DNA of 64,000 bases from Lama guanicoe (GCA_013239625.1 MU054117.1:4516677-4580676), one strand, 5' to 3'; shown: positions 49,539-61,862, counted from the stretch's first letter. Notes: generated by a model not told the origin, from the letters alone. Numbers and translations are program-made.

Positions 49539-50504
49539 TCATGCAGTTACAGACACCATCGCAGGTATCAGAAGGTCACTGGTGACAAGAGGGTGCTGCT
49601 CGGTGACAGAGTTCCATCAGTTTGGTGCATCCAGTAGTTGACGGGCACTGCAGAGGGATAAGGTCCTACTTTTAAGGAGCGTACAGCTTAGTTAAGGAGC
49701 CACAACACCCATCATGGAAAGCCTGGTGACCATAAAGGCAGGACGTGTGGCAGGGGTGGAGAAAGCAACAGGAGTCAAAGGTGGGAAAGGGTACAAGGAC
49801 CAGAGACGCCCGAGGGTCGGGCTGGGATTGATCTGGGTCTTGCTGAATGAGTCCGATGGTGAGAAAGGAGGGACGAATAACCCCACTTCTTCCCCCCTCG
49901 CCCAGGTACTGAGGGAAGGGAGGGAAAAGGGAGACGGTACAGGAGACCGATGAGGAAGGTAGTTCTCTAAACCCCCTCTCAGTTGTCCCCTCACCCCCTA
50001 GGGGTTCCCTCTCCCAGCGTTGGACATGCACTGAGTGCCCAGCATGCAAAGGACAAGTGTATTCAATTCTCATGTGAGTTTACTCCTCCTTTTGAGCATG
50101 GTGGCTTCCCCAACAAATCTTTGGTTTTACTGAGCAGAAGGGTGGACAGAGCTGCCGAGAAGAAGACAAGGGGTTGGGACTACAGGACAGACAATCAGGA
50201 AGAGGGCTTGGGAGGAGACAGAAGGAGGGGAGAGGCTGAGCTGATGCGATGAGGAGTGATATTCTGGGGATGGGGTGATGCGCAAAGATGCTTTTTTAAG
50301 GAAACGTTGCTGTGTGGTCTTGGTGTGCTCCAAGACATGTCCCTGAGCAAAGGCCAGCATCACTTCTCAAGGCTTTAGGAGTCAGATTTCTGTTTCTCTG
50401 AATGCTGAGATGACCTTTAGGGTGGCACCAAGGCAGTCGGTTTCCTCTGGTTTCCTTGCCCTGTGGCAGCCTTGCCCACCGTAACCCACTTATTTTCTAC
50501 AGGA

Positions 50505-50730
50505 TAACAGTGAAAGGGGCGGGCTTTGGGGTGAGACAAATCTGAGTTCAAATCCTAGCTTTTCCTCTTGCTAACTTCATCCTAATGATCGCAGTAGGTA
50601 ACCTCTCTGAGGCTGTTTCCTCACCTGTTGCAGGAGGATAATATCTCACTCAGGAGGGTTTTTGTGAGAATTTAATGAAATTACACGTGTCAAGTGCTAA
50701 ACTATGCCCACCCAGAGTAATTGCTTGATT
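50505..50730 (+). mobile_element. MIR SINE
   Basis: ctgagttcaaatcctagct...aacctctctgaggctgtttcctcacctg...tgtgagaatttaatga. Confidence 0.75.
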
Positions 50731-53700
50731 AAAAACGTAGCTGTTATTATTATAGTGATCCTAAAATGTAGTAGTCATTTTACATACAAGGATGGAGACT
50801 TGGAGAAGTTGGGTCCGCCAGCCCCAAAAGCCTTTGTAAAGGGCCTGCCTTTGAACAAAGACTCTGACAAGAAACGAGGACAGTCAGGAACACACAAAGC
50901 CGTGACTAAAGGCCACCTAGGCAGCTGGCAAAGATCAGCGTAGAATCACACCAGAGACAAGCGCACAATGGGAGTAAAATGGAAGCAAGGTCAGAGGAGG
51001 CGTCTGTCCCCAGCGCTCACAGAGGCCTCTTGTTGGAGGCTAGTGGTTGGACCAGATGTCCGCGCTAAAGCCTTGTGGGACGTGGGGACTGGATGCCAGT
51101 TACTTTACCCCTGAGACTCATCTGTCAAACAGGATAACACCAGCAGTCCTGCTGCACTGGGTTGAGGTGAGGAGAAAGTTAACTGGTCTACCCTGAGCTT
51201 CCAGCACGGTACAGGGCACCCGGGATGGAACAGAAAATTTGGTGCTGTTCATGGGAACCCAATCTGAGAACCACGGTCTCTGAAGAATGGGGAGAGGGCC
51301 CGGAGCTTCTGGACGCTGCTAAAATGACCAGAATTACGGTTCAATTATCCAATTATCCGTAATACAGAGAAGGATAGTCCCCAGAGCATGAGGAAATTAA
51401 GCTTGAGTTGGAGGTATTTGGGTCAAGGATGAGAAAGAACTTCCTGAAAGTCAGGGTTGTCAAATTAAATTAGAAATACTGATTCAGGACAGTTGAGCTA
51501 GCATCTACTTTAGGAGTGAAATGTTTGACCCCTCCTCCTGGGCTGGGCAGGACGTGTCACAGTGAGATGGGCTGAGACAGCCAGTCTGGGTAAATGAGCC
51601 TGGAAATATATGTGTCACGAGTGAGCAAGGGCTGGCCATTAACCTGGACCCAGTGACAAGGGTCACAGAGCTCGCAGAAGCTGACATGGGTTGGGGGTGG
51701 ACAGGGCTGTTCTGGCTTCGAACGAGGATTGACCCAAAGCATTAAACTTAATTGCGTGGGCTTTTGAGTCCCCCTGGGCTGAAGAGGTGGAGACCCAGAG
51801 TCAACACAGATCTGGGGGAGCAAATCAGATGGCCGCTTGGAGGAAGGGGCTTGAAGGCAGTGGCCAGCTTTCACTGACCAGAGCCCCTGGAACAAAGGCA
51901 CGGACTGGGGAGCAGCCTTGCTGGAGGGTGTCTGGCAGAAGCCAGGCATCTGCTAAGGACACGAGGCAGAGTCTCTGCAAGGGCAGGAGTGTCTCAGTGA
52001 GAAAACACTTGGCTCCCGTTCAACTGGGAAAGGCCAGATCTTGGGGGCCTGTCCACCCCTGGCCCCCAAAACCAAGTCTAACTGCACTTCCAGAGACGGC
52101 CACTAGGGGAAATCACAGCACACAGGAGCAAACCGGCAAAAGTAAAGCCAGGAACTGAACCCCCTCCAGAGATCGTTCACTTTTGCTACATTCTCATTCC
52201 TGAGGCCTGAGCTGCCTGGGAGGAGAAGGCAGTGGGAGCGTTCCCACAGGTGGGGGATTCAATGTCACTGCCTCGGCCTCACCTGCTAAGGAACCTGCCT
52301 GAGCCACGAGGCCATACTGGTCTGGCTGGGATGCCACGGCCCCTCTGGGGACCGATTTGTGTCAAGAGCAGGAGGGGCCCAGACAGAGCACAGACCTGGA
52401 GACTCACACCTCTGACTCCCAGGTCTGCTCGGGAGATCCTAAGAAGGTACATCCCCCTTTGGAGCCCCCAGACCCTCTTCTCCTCAATTCCCCCATCAAC
52501 TTCCACCAGAGGCAAAGGCCCCACACTCTGCCAGTGCCCCAGTCCTGGCCTAATGCAAGAAAAGCATCTGATAGACTAACTTAAGACAGAGGGAGCCCTT
52601 TGTCCCCACCAAGGTAGGCACTGCTAAGCCATCTTCATTCTCCTTCTCTGGAGCTTCATCACCCTGGAATCCTTCTGGACATAATATTCGGGGGGAGCCA
52701 GGGCTCATCCTTCAGAACTGACATGCAGGTGAACCTGATGTGGCCTGATTGTCCTACGGGGCCAGGCACCTTCAGGAGGGGCATCACCGAGGAAGTGCTG
52801 AAGCAACAGTAATGAACCAGGAATGCCCACTGAAGTTAGGGAAGAATTCCAGGCATTTGAAAAACAAAGGCAGTTCCTCTGGGCAGGGGTAGGGAGATGG
52901 CAGAGTAGGTGGGCCCTCTAGCAAGTCAATGCCATTCAGCTTCACAGATGCAGGTACCAGGCCTTCGCCAGCCCCTGTGCTAGGGGACCCGCCCTCAAGG
53001 AGCTGGGAGTCTCCTGAGGGCTGAGGGACGTGGGCATGTGGGCAAACAGCCGCGGTATTAGGCAGAATGAGAGTGGTGCCTTTCCCAGAAACACAGTGGC
53101 TAGGACACTGAAAGCAGGCTGGAAAGAGATCACTCTGGCTAGAGGGTTGTTAGGGAAGGTTTCCTGAAGGAAGCAGAACCTGGAAGGAGGCAGAAGTGGA
53201 GATGGGAGGACAAGGGGTCAGGAGTGTTACACGAGTGGGGGGGGGCAGTAAAGTGAGGGGGGCTGGTGGGGGGAGTGCTTGAACAAAGGCATAGAATCAT
53301 GGCAGATTCAGAGAATGGGGACCCGTCCAGGGATGGAGCAGGGGAGCAACAGGTGAAAGGTGAGAGGTGTAATTGGGGCCATTTGGCCACACCATTGAGG
53401 TTCTCGAATGTCAGGAAGAGGTTTGTCCTCCAAAGCCACCCTACAGAAACTGGCTGCTGGGAGGGTGGGATGTCCCCCAGAAGCCATCAGGCAGACTCTC
53501 AGGAGGGCTCTGGGGAGTCTGCTCTTCCCTCTTCTTTCTTTTTAAACACATCTCTGTGTCTTTGCTCATGCTGTTCCCTCCTCCAGAAATGCCCTTCCCT
53601 CCTTCTCTGCTCAGCAACCTCCTATTCATCCTTAAAGTCCCAACACAAAGCTCACCTCCTCTATGAAGCCTTCCCTGGCTCCCTTATGTAGCTACTAGCC

Positions 53701-55879
53701 CCTCCCATGTGCTCCCACAGCTCTTGGCTCATTCCTTATATATGTAAGTTATACATCGGTGTTCTGTTCCCCGTTAGTCTGTCTGTCTCCCCATTAATCT
53801 GTAATCTCCTGGAAGTCGGGGGCTATCGCTACACTAGGAATTGTATGATTCTTATACTGTTCCTCATACGAGGAACCCTTATTCTATATACTCCTAGCAC
53901 CTTGCACAGATGAACAATGCCAGGAAGTGGGAAAAGGAGGGACGGCATCCATCCTGGTCTAAGGCACTGTCAGCTGTGCCCCGTGGCCTGGCCTCCTGCT
54001 TTTATCTGCCTCACGTGACCTTGTGCCTCCCAGCTGGAGCACTAAGCTCCCCCGCCCGTCCCTCCCAGCTCCGGGGCGAGCAGGACACACCTCCTATCAG
54101 CTGTCTCGTGGCCAGTGCCTGCCAGCACCTCATTAAACCAGATGGCCCCAGCCCTGCCCCGAGAAGTGTGGGCTGGGCAGAGTTCAGGGATCAAGGGAGT
54201 CTCCCTGATCTCCCTGCCTGTGAGGAAGGGGAGAAGGGATTTGGGGCCCCTGTACCAGCCCCAGAAGTCACCCTCATGCTCTATGAGACAGAGGTCTTTG
54301 ACCCTCAGACTCCAATCTGGGACCGACAGACATCTCAACAGCGGTGGGATCCAGCTGGAGGCCTGAAGAGGGCCGTCTCCACTGGGGCAGAAGCTGAGGC
54401 ATGGAGGAGGGGCAGGACTCAGGCTAGAGACGTGGGGGGTGGCTGGGGCCAGCTAGGAAGAAAGGCACCAATCCAGGTGCCCCTTGTGGGTCAACAGCCG
54501 AGGCCAAAATGCCAACCTCCCAATTCTGCAGGCTTCACTCAGCACCCTGTCGCAGGCAGGGATCTTCTCTCCACAGCACAGAAGGGACAAGGGAGGTTGT
54601 GACAAGATCAGAAGAGAACAGAGCACAAGAGCCCTGCCTCCTGGCCCATGCACTCTGCCAGCCACTCCTCCAGCTTTTAGGCTCCAGCTTCCCTGGGAAC
54701 CTCTCCCAGAGAGGTTGGAGGCAAGCCCCGGGGCAGTGGCAGGTGGAGATAGGATCTCAGCCTTGAGGGAAGTGAAAGGGTTAACTCTCCCATGTCCACT
54801 GGGCCAGTCTAGCCAGCCCTCCCCAGAGCCTATACGCCCAGGCTTGCCTCTGGGGTTCTCTCAACTTCAATTCCCCTGACTCCTTCCACTTCCTGCCGGG
54901 AGGCACTGGGAGGGGAGGCGGGGGCTCTTGGCACCAGCTGTCTCTGGGTGTCGTTTAATACCGCCGGTAATCACACCTTCTGCTTACGGGCTCCCTTTCC
55001 CTCATGATGACTCTCTCCCCTCACCACCCCCCATCCACACACACTAATGGGAAAAGGACTTCTCTCCACCACAGTTCCTGCCTCACCTGACTTCTCTCTC
55101 TAAAACCTGTCAACTGGGAGGCAGGAAGCAGGACGTTGGAAGCGCTGAATTGAAGATACAAGTAGCTCCCTGAACTAACGGAGCAATCGCGTAACAGCGA
55201 GCTCAGAAGAGAATATTGGAGGGCAAACGGGAGGAGGGCAGACAAAATTAGCAAGTATCAAAGGATAGATTCCTCTTCCAAACAAAACAATCATCAGAGT
55301 CAGAGGACCAGAACACTTCAGATTATGTGTGTGTTTAATAAGCCAAGCAGGAGAGGAGACTGGAGACCCTTGCCCCAGGTGATCGAGTAAGATGATGCTT
55401 TTGAAAGTGTTGGTACACTTCAGAGCTATATCAATCACTGCATAGCCAGTTTGCAGGAGGAATACCACAGGACAGGGTGGAGGGCTGGATGCACTCAGAC
55501 CTGCCCCTTACCACCTTTTCTGGGTCTTTGGCTTCATGCTTGTGAGATGACGATGACCACATGTCCATGGACACTTCTGATTCCTAATGTCCAGCCTTTC
55601 CGTCAGATGATGTGTCCCGTTCTGGCAATGTGAAAATGTGCCCTTTCTTGAATGGTGTGTGTTTTACCAGCGGCTGTAGGTGCTGGGATGCCCTGCTGAA
55701 GCTTGGAGCGTGCCTGTTCCCCAGTGAAGGATGACAGTGCCCCGCCCTGTACTTCTCCCTCCTCCTCCGTCTTAGGCAATGGGAGAAGTGTCAGGTCAGC
55801 TTCAGTGTGGCATCCAGAGCCATTCCTGGAGCAAAGGTGAAGTCCAACCTTCCACCAGATGGCTAGAGCCGGCAAGCAG

Positions 55880-56540
55880 AGATAAGGATCACACTTTGGA
55901 CTCCACAGCCGGAGAGCCGGGGAAGTGCCCCCGGGTCCCTGGGCCCCAACGCCCCTTCTGCTGCAGGTACGGCTCTCTGCCTGGTTAAAGGAGGAAGATG
56001 AGGCCGAGGCCAGGGCAGGGGGCCTAGCTGACCACTCACTGCAGGCGGAAAGCGAGGTGGGCACCTGCGGCGGGTCACTCGGTCACCCCGCGGCGCCCAT
56101 CCTCGCAGCTGCGGCGCCTGGCAGGGTCTGGCCAGGAGTGGGGTGCACGAGGGTGGCGGGCCGGGCCGGATGAGTGGCGAGTTCAAGGGCCAGGGGAAGG
56201 GGTGGGCCTGCAGAGTGAGCCCTCCTTGCCCCCGGTTGGTAGTGGCCGAGGCCGGACTAGAGCCGCTAGGTCCCCGGGGGCCCCACTGGCGCCCGCTGCG
56301 CCGCTGGGTCCGGTGCCCGCGGGAGGGGGAGGAGCCAGCCCGCCGCCCCGCCCCCTCAGGCCGCTCGGTCCCAGACCCGGCAGGGCCGCGGGGCGGGCAT
56401 CGCCCGGGGAGCTGTCGACGACTAGGGGCCGTCCGCGTGGGCAGCGGGCGCCGGGACACCTGCGGGCACAGGTGAGTGGCGGGAGAGCTGGGCCGACGGG
56501 GGCGGGGCGCCCGGCCTGGGGCTCGGGAGCCAGAGAGGAG
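55880..56540 (+). promoter_or_regulatory. PLEKHG6: PLEKHG6 promoter CpG island and non-coding first exon (donor after 56471)
   Basis: CpG-dense, GC boxes; strong donor CAG|gtgagt at 56471/56472, upstream of the acceptor at 57633. Confidence 0.8.
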
Positions 56541-56938
56541 GGGAAGCCGGTCAAAGCTCAGAAAGGACCCTGGGGAAGAAGAGGGAGGGGGACGCAGAGC
56601 CCCAGGAGGGAGAATTGTTGGGAGGGCGCCTGGGAGACAAGGAGCATTGCCCTCCCCTGCTCAGAAATCAGAGGAAGAATAAGGGGACGGCTGAGCCGGG
56701 TCCTGGGGCCCACCTGGAGGGGACCAGCACCTGCTTAGGAGGCCTCTCCTCCAGGCTCTACCCACTCAGAGGGCGGGTCCTCTATCCAGGTTCAGGGGGA
56801 AGGGATGCAGCCCCACGCACGGCTCCCAGCCCCGCAGAGGAGTTCCCAGAGGCTGGGGAAGACCAAACGGAGCCAGCTCCCACCTGGCTGTCTCTAAAGC
56901 CAGCAGCCTGATAGCTGTCTGTGCCCTGGAAGCCAGGT

Positions 56939-57243
56939 AAGGGTCGGCAAGCTTTTCAGTAAGAGGCCAGAAAGTAAATATTTCAGACTTTGAAGCGATG
57001 TGGTCTCTGTCACAATTAGCAAGAAAGCAGTTACAAACAATTGGTCAAGGAGATGTGGCTGTGTTCCAATTTTATGAACATGGAAACTTGAATTTCATAT
57101 AATCTTCATGCGTTATGAAATATTATTCTTCTTTTGATTTTTTTCCAACTATTTAAACATGTGAAAAACATTCGTAGCTTGTGGTCTGTGCAAAAACAGG
57201 TGGCAGGTGGGGCAAGTTCCAGCTGCCCCCTGTGACCCCCCTG
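56939..57243 (+). mobile_element. MER58 (hAT-Charlie) DNA transposon
   Basis: gggtcggcaagc...ggccagaaagtaaatattt...ggctgtgttccaat...aaaacaggtggcagg. Confidence 0.8.
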
Positions 57244-57701
57244 CAGCCTTTCCCCAGGCTACTTATGGGGAAGGGGAGGGGGTAGCCAGGTGCAAGGGGC
57301 ACCCCTACACCTGGGGGTATCCAGGAAGCAGGGGACCTATGACCCCTGCTCCCAGCTATCCTTAGGACTCGGGCACCCTCTGAGGCCAGTGTAGAAGCTG
57401 GTGCCCCAATGCAGACAGGTGACGGAGGGGGTATAGTTCCAAGGGGCTTTCTACCCAGCATGTGGGGTGTACCCCACCCCACCAAGTCATAGATGAGGCA
57501 GCTGCTCTCCCAACAAGGAATCTTGGCCCTCTCCTCTCCCTTCCCCTTTTCTCCCTCCCCCTCCCACATCATTCTCCAGCCTGGTGCCACTCACTGATCA
57601 AGGCTGGCCCATTTCTTTATTTTCTCTCTGAAGCCTCAGGGGGCCCCTTTCTGCGGGACACTGGAGCTATGACCCTTTGGAGGTGACCCAGAAGAAAAGG
57701 G

Positions 57702-57839
57702 ATGCAGGGCTTCGATCCTCCCACTCAGCGTCCCTTCCAAGGACTAGTGGCCTCCCGCATTGAGACTTATGGGGGTCGCTATCGGGCCTCTGCCCAGGGT
57801 ACTGCCGGCAATCTCTTTGCCCGAGGAAGCCCCGTGCTG
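57702..57839 (+). CDS. PLEKHG6: PLEKHG6 first coding exon (exon probably starts at 57634)
   Basis: MQGFDPPTQRPFQGLVASRIETYGGRYRASAQGTAGNLFARGSPVL|gtgagt; 138 bp. Confidence 0.92.
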
Positions 57840-59075
57840 GTGAGTCTAGGCTGTGCCCCAAAGGTGTCCATGGTGGGGCAGGTGGGAGGACACCAAAGCC
57901 TTCAAATCTCTGTCCCCCACTCTCTTCCCACCCCACACCCCTGCCTTCTTTCCTGGGTTGTGAGGGAGAGGGGGCCATGCTGAGCCAGGCTCCCAGGACT
58001 CCACACCCATCCCAGACAGACAGGGCAGGTGAGGCAGAGAGCCAGAGAAATCCAGGCCCTCTGAGGAAGTGCTATTAGACTGGTCAGAGGCGCGGAGCCA
58101 GGGAGGGAGGAGAAGGTCACCAAACCCCGGGCTGGCACCTCCCAGCCTCCTACCTCTGCTTGGGAAGAGCCTGTGAGCTCCCTGAGACCTGCCTCCCTCT
58201 GAGTCAGGCCTGGAGGAAGAGCAAAGGTTCAAAGTGTCCCTCCTGCACGGGTGGGGACAGGTGGGGGGGCCTGCCTTGGCTCCACCCTGGCTCCACCCTC
58301 CTGGCCGGCCTCTAGCGCTGACCAGGGAAAGTGGTGTGGCGGCCCAGCCGTCTCTCCCTCAGCCTCCAGACCTCCCCTCCACTTGGAGGACAGCTCTGCT
58401 TCTGGCCGGGGGTGTCCCTGCCTGACAGGAGGAGGATTTGGCCCTGAGAGACAGGGAGGAGAGCTGAGGGCAGGAAGGGAGCCTAGGAGGTATATGGGGT
58501 AAATCAGGCCACAGGCAGATCAAGGAATGTGACCAGGCCTGCCCTGGAGGAGACTTCTGGCCTGGCCTCAGCCTCCCACACGAAAGGGCAGCCACTCCCA
58601 ACTCGGGACACGGCTGCATGCCCCACAGAACGCCCTCAGCACCATGTGCGAGGGAGGCCGTCACAGACGCGGAAGCTGTGAGGGACTCGGCGTGCGTGTG
58701 CCCCGGGCACCGTGCCCGCATGGCCGTGGTACAGGGACCGCACACGTGAGCGGGCAGGCACGGGGGCCACACGCAGAGCCCAGGTGTGTGCGTGCCTGGG
58801 CTCCTCCTCTGGCCGAGGCCCTGCTTCTACCCCCAGCTCCCTCGGGAAGCCAGGCTGGCGTGCCCCTGCTGGACCCACAGCAGCCTCCCTGGCAGCAGCT
58901 GCTATGACTCAGGGCCAGAGCAGCTCACACCAAACTGGTTTGAGGGGAGAGGCCAGCTGGCTCAACTTGCAGGGGTAGGGGATGCTGTCTGGAGCCAAGC
59001 CTGGCCCCACTGCCTCTCTGGGACTTCTAGGGGAAGGGAAGCACCCCCTAGAACTGCCCCCTGCTCCTCCTCCAG

Positions 59076-59231
59076 GATCCCAGTCGCCGACGCCTCCAGG
59101 GCTATGCCCCCTTTGCCAAAGGTTGTGGCCCTGCCAGAGGCCTGTCTCCTCTGCGGTTGCGGGAACTGGAGCCCGAGAAAAGGCATGGAGGCCATTTTGG
59201 GGCCGGCCCACCTTACTCCCCTAAACTCAAG
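59076..59231 (+). CDS. PLEKHG6: PLEKHG6 coding exon
   Basis: tccag|GAT...AAG|gtaagg; DPSRRRLQGYAPFAKG...HGGHFGAGPPYSPKLK; 156 bp. Confidence 0.93.
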
Positions 59232-59667
59232 GTAAGGGGTCCCTCTCCGCCCATCTGCATGTTCCCGGCCTGACCTGCGATGTCCCCCACGGATGGTCAG
59301 AGCTGAGAGGATGTGCATTCCCTCCAAGAGGCTGCATTCGGCTCTGTCTAGAGAGCCTGCCTCATAGAAATGTGAGCTTTAGAGGCAAATGCCAAAATAT
59401 TGCCCGAGACCACTGGTTCCCTAAGGCTCGTCTCCACCTGAAGTTCCCTCTGAAGGGTTCTGTCTCAAGAGAGCCCTGGCAGGTATCTTTCTGATCAGGG
59501 AGCCCAGGTCAGACCCCTCTGTCTGTCCAGGGACTTTTCTGCAGGCAAGTGCCTTTCCATCCATGTCCTAGAAACACCCTGTCCCCTGTAATCCCAGCCA
59601 GGGTTGTCCCTCGACCCTCAGGCCTGCACATCCCCACTCACACTCAGAGCTCCCATTCCCATTCCCA

Positions 59668-59668
<1 letters not shown>

Positions 59669-59708
<40 letters not shown>
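59669..59708. repeat. (AC)20 microsatellite in PLEKHG6 intron
   Basis: Uninterrupted AC run. Confidence 0.95.
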
Positions 59709-59710
<2 letters not shown>

Positions 59711-59795
59711 CGCACCCTCGCAGCCCTTCCCTGGCCAGGTAGTCTGGGCGCCCAGGACGTATGTAGCCAGGACGTATCCCCTCTCGATTCCCCAG

Positions 59796-59960
59796 GAAGT
59801 CACGAAGGCCCACGAGCTGGAGGTGAGGCTGCACACGTTCAGCATGTTTGGGATGCCCCGCCTGCCCCCTGAGGACCGGCGGCACTGGGAGATAGGAGAG
59901 GCCAGCGACAGCGGCGAGGCCATTGCGAAGTCCTGGAAGGAGCTGGTGCCTGGGCACAAG
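59796..59960 (+). CDS. PLEKHG6: PLEKHG6 coding exon
   Basis: cccag|GAA...AAG|gtgggc; EVTKAHELEVRLHTFSMFGMPRLPPEDRRHWEIG...SWKELVPGHK; 165 bp. Confidence 0.95.
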
Positions 59961-60283
59961 GTGGGCCTGGAACCCAGTGTCTGCCCTCATGGTGGGACAG
60001 GCACACACGTGCATCTCACCTCTGCCTGGAAGAGGGAAAGGTCTTGACAAGTGGGGTCCTGCGGGGAAAGCACTTGGAGGCATCTTGCCCTGGGTTCAGA
60101 CCCCAGCCCCGCCTCGTACTAGTGAGACCTCTGTCGCCACATCTGTGACGTGAGGGCAACACCCCCACACACTGGAGGACTGATTGAGGATCAAAGGCCG
60201 TTTATGGAGTAGATCCAGCAGACCAAATGGTGGCAGCCCGTCCTCTTCCCCTTCCCCCGCTGACCCAGCCCTGTCCCTGCCAG

Positions 60284-60379
60284 GACATGAGCCGGGAGCT
60301 CTGCCACCAGCAGGAAGCGCTGTGGGAGCTACTGACCACGGAGCTCATCTACGTGCGGAAGCTCAAGATCATGACGGAT
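60284..60379 (+). CDS. PLEKHG6: PLEKHG6 coding exon (DH domain start)
   Basis: DMSRELCHQQEALWELLTTELIYVRKLKIMTD|gtgagc; 96 bp. Confidence 0.96.
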
Positions 60380-60651
60380 GTGAGCCTCTCCCGGGCCCCC
60401 CAGCCCCAGCCCTGGCCTCTAACCGTCTCCCTTGAATCATCCCCCATTCTTCCGACCAGAAGGGGCAGGGTTGTTGGGGAGGGAGGGGCAGGATACCGAG
60501 ATCCCCCTGACTTGAGAGCTGCCCAGGGTCTTGTGGGAGAGGTTAGCAGGACTGATGCTGGGGAGGGGGGGTGGAGATGCTGTGAAGGGCCAGGCTGGGG
60601 TCAGAGAGGAGGAGGTCAGGTGCTGAGACCCTCCTCTCTCCCTGCACCCAG

Positions 60652-60702
60652 CTCCTAGCCTCGGGTTTGCTGAACTTGCAGCGAGTGGGGCTGCTGACCG
60701 AG
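60652..60702 (+). CDS. PLEKHG6: PLEKHG6 coding exon (DH)
   Basis: cccag|LLASGLLNLQRVGLLTE|gtgagt; 51 bp. Confidence 0.93.
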
Positions 60703-60926
60703 GTGAGTGGGTGCTCAGGAGGGGAGGCTGAGCTGCGGGTAGGGTCCCAGAGAGCCCTCCAGGCTGCCCAGAATGAGTTGCCATTCTTGCTCCAGACCCC
60801 AAACAGGCTGCAGGTCCCTCCCCAGCCCCACCGTCCAGGCTTAGCTGTCTTCACCTGTCCACCCATGGCCAGGGCTGCCCAGAGGTCACTTGCCTGCATG
60901 TTGCTAAGTTCTGCTCCCTTCTCCAG

Positions 60927-61076
60927 GTGTCAGTTGAGACCTTGTTTGGAAATGTCCCCAGTCTGATTCGAGCCCACCGGAGCTTTTGGGAAGAGGTGCT
61001 GGGGCCTTCCCTGGAGGAAATGCGAGCCTCCGGCCAGCCTCTGGACCCCATCAGCCTGCAAAACGGCTTCCTGATG
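60927..61076 (+). CDS. PLEKHG6: PLEKHG6 coding exon (DH)
   Basis: VSVETLFGNVPSLIRAHRSFWEEVL...LQNGFLM|gtgagg; 150 bp. Confidence 0.96.
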
Positions 61077-61862
61077 GTGAGGCGTGGAGAAGGGTCACGT
61101 CTGGATGGCGGGACTGGGAGAGCCCAAAGGGTTCCTGTCTGCAGAGCAGGCCCATGTGCCTGGAATCCTGCCGTGATTCAAGGGGTCCAGGGGCACAGCT
61201 CCTACCCCAAAATACCACCTTACGTCCTACTGTTCATTCTACCAGTATGAGCTCTGTCCCGAAGGCTCTTTGGCCTTCTGGAGACCCTGGGGTGCAGCTG
61301 TCTCTGGGAAAGGCTACGCCTAAGCTCCCATCAGCCATGAAATCTTGCCTGGGACAGAGCCCCAATGACAAGCAGCGGGGTGTCCCCGAGGAAACTGGGG
61401 GAAGGAAAGGCCACAGGGGCACCCAGAGCACAAAGTGCAATAGGAGAATGCAAGAGACTTAGGGTCAGACTTCCTCCCAGCACACCTAGGCGCTGGGCCT
61501 TGCAGAGCTGTGTTGTGGTAGAGAGGCAGGGGACAGTCTCCTGGGGGCCTTCGGTGGCCCCTTCCCCTGGAGCAGGGCTTCTGAGCAAGCCTGAGTCACC
61601 ACCCCATGGTGGGGGTGAAATGGGATCTGTAGTGTCCTGAAAACGGTCCAGCTGAATTATTGATGGTGTGTCAAGTCCAGAGGAGCAGGGCGTGGCAGGG
61701 GCTGAGGATGGAGCTCAGAGAGCGGTGGCAGGCCTGGATCCCTTGGGATCCCAAGAGGGGGCCTGGAAGTCATGGAGAGTCAGGGTTGGTAGGAGCTGGA
61801 CTGAGGGTCTGTGCGAGGCTCCATGCCCCATCTGCTCCCCGCCCCGACATCTGTCCCTCCAG

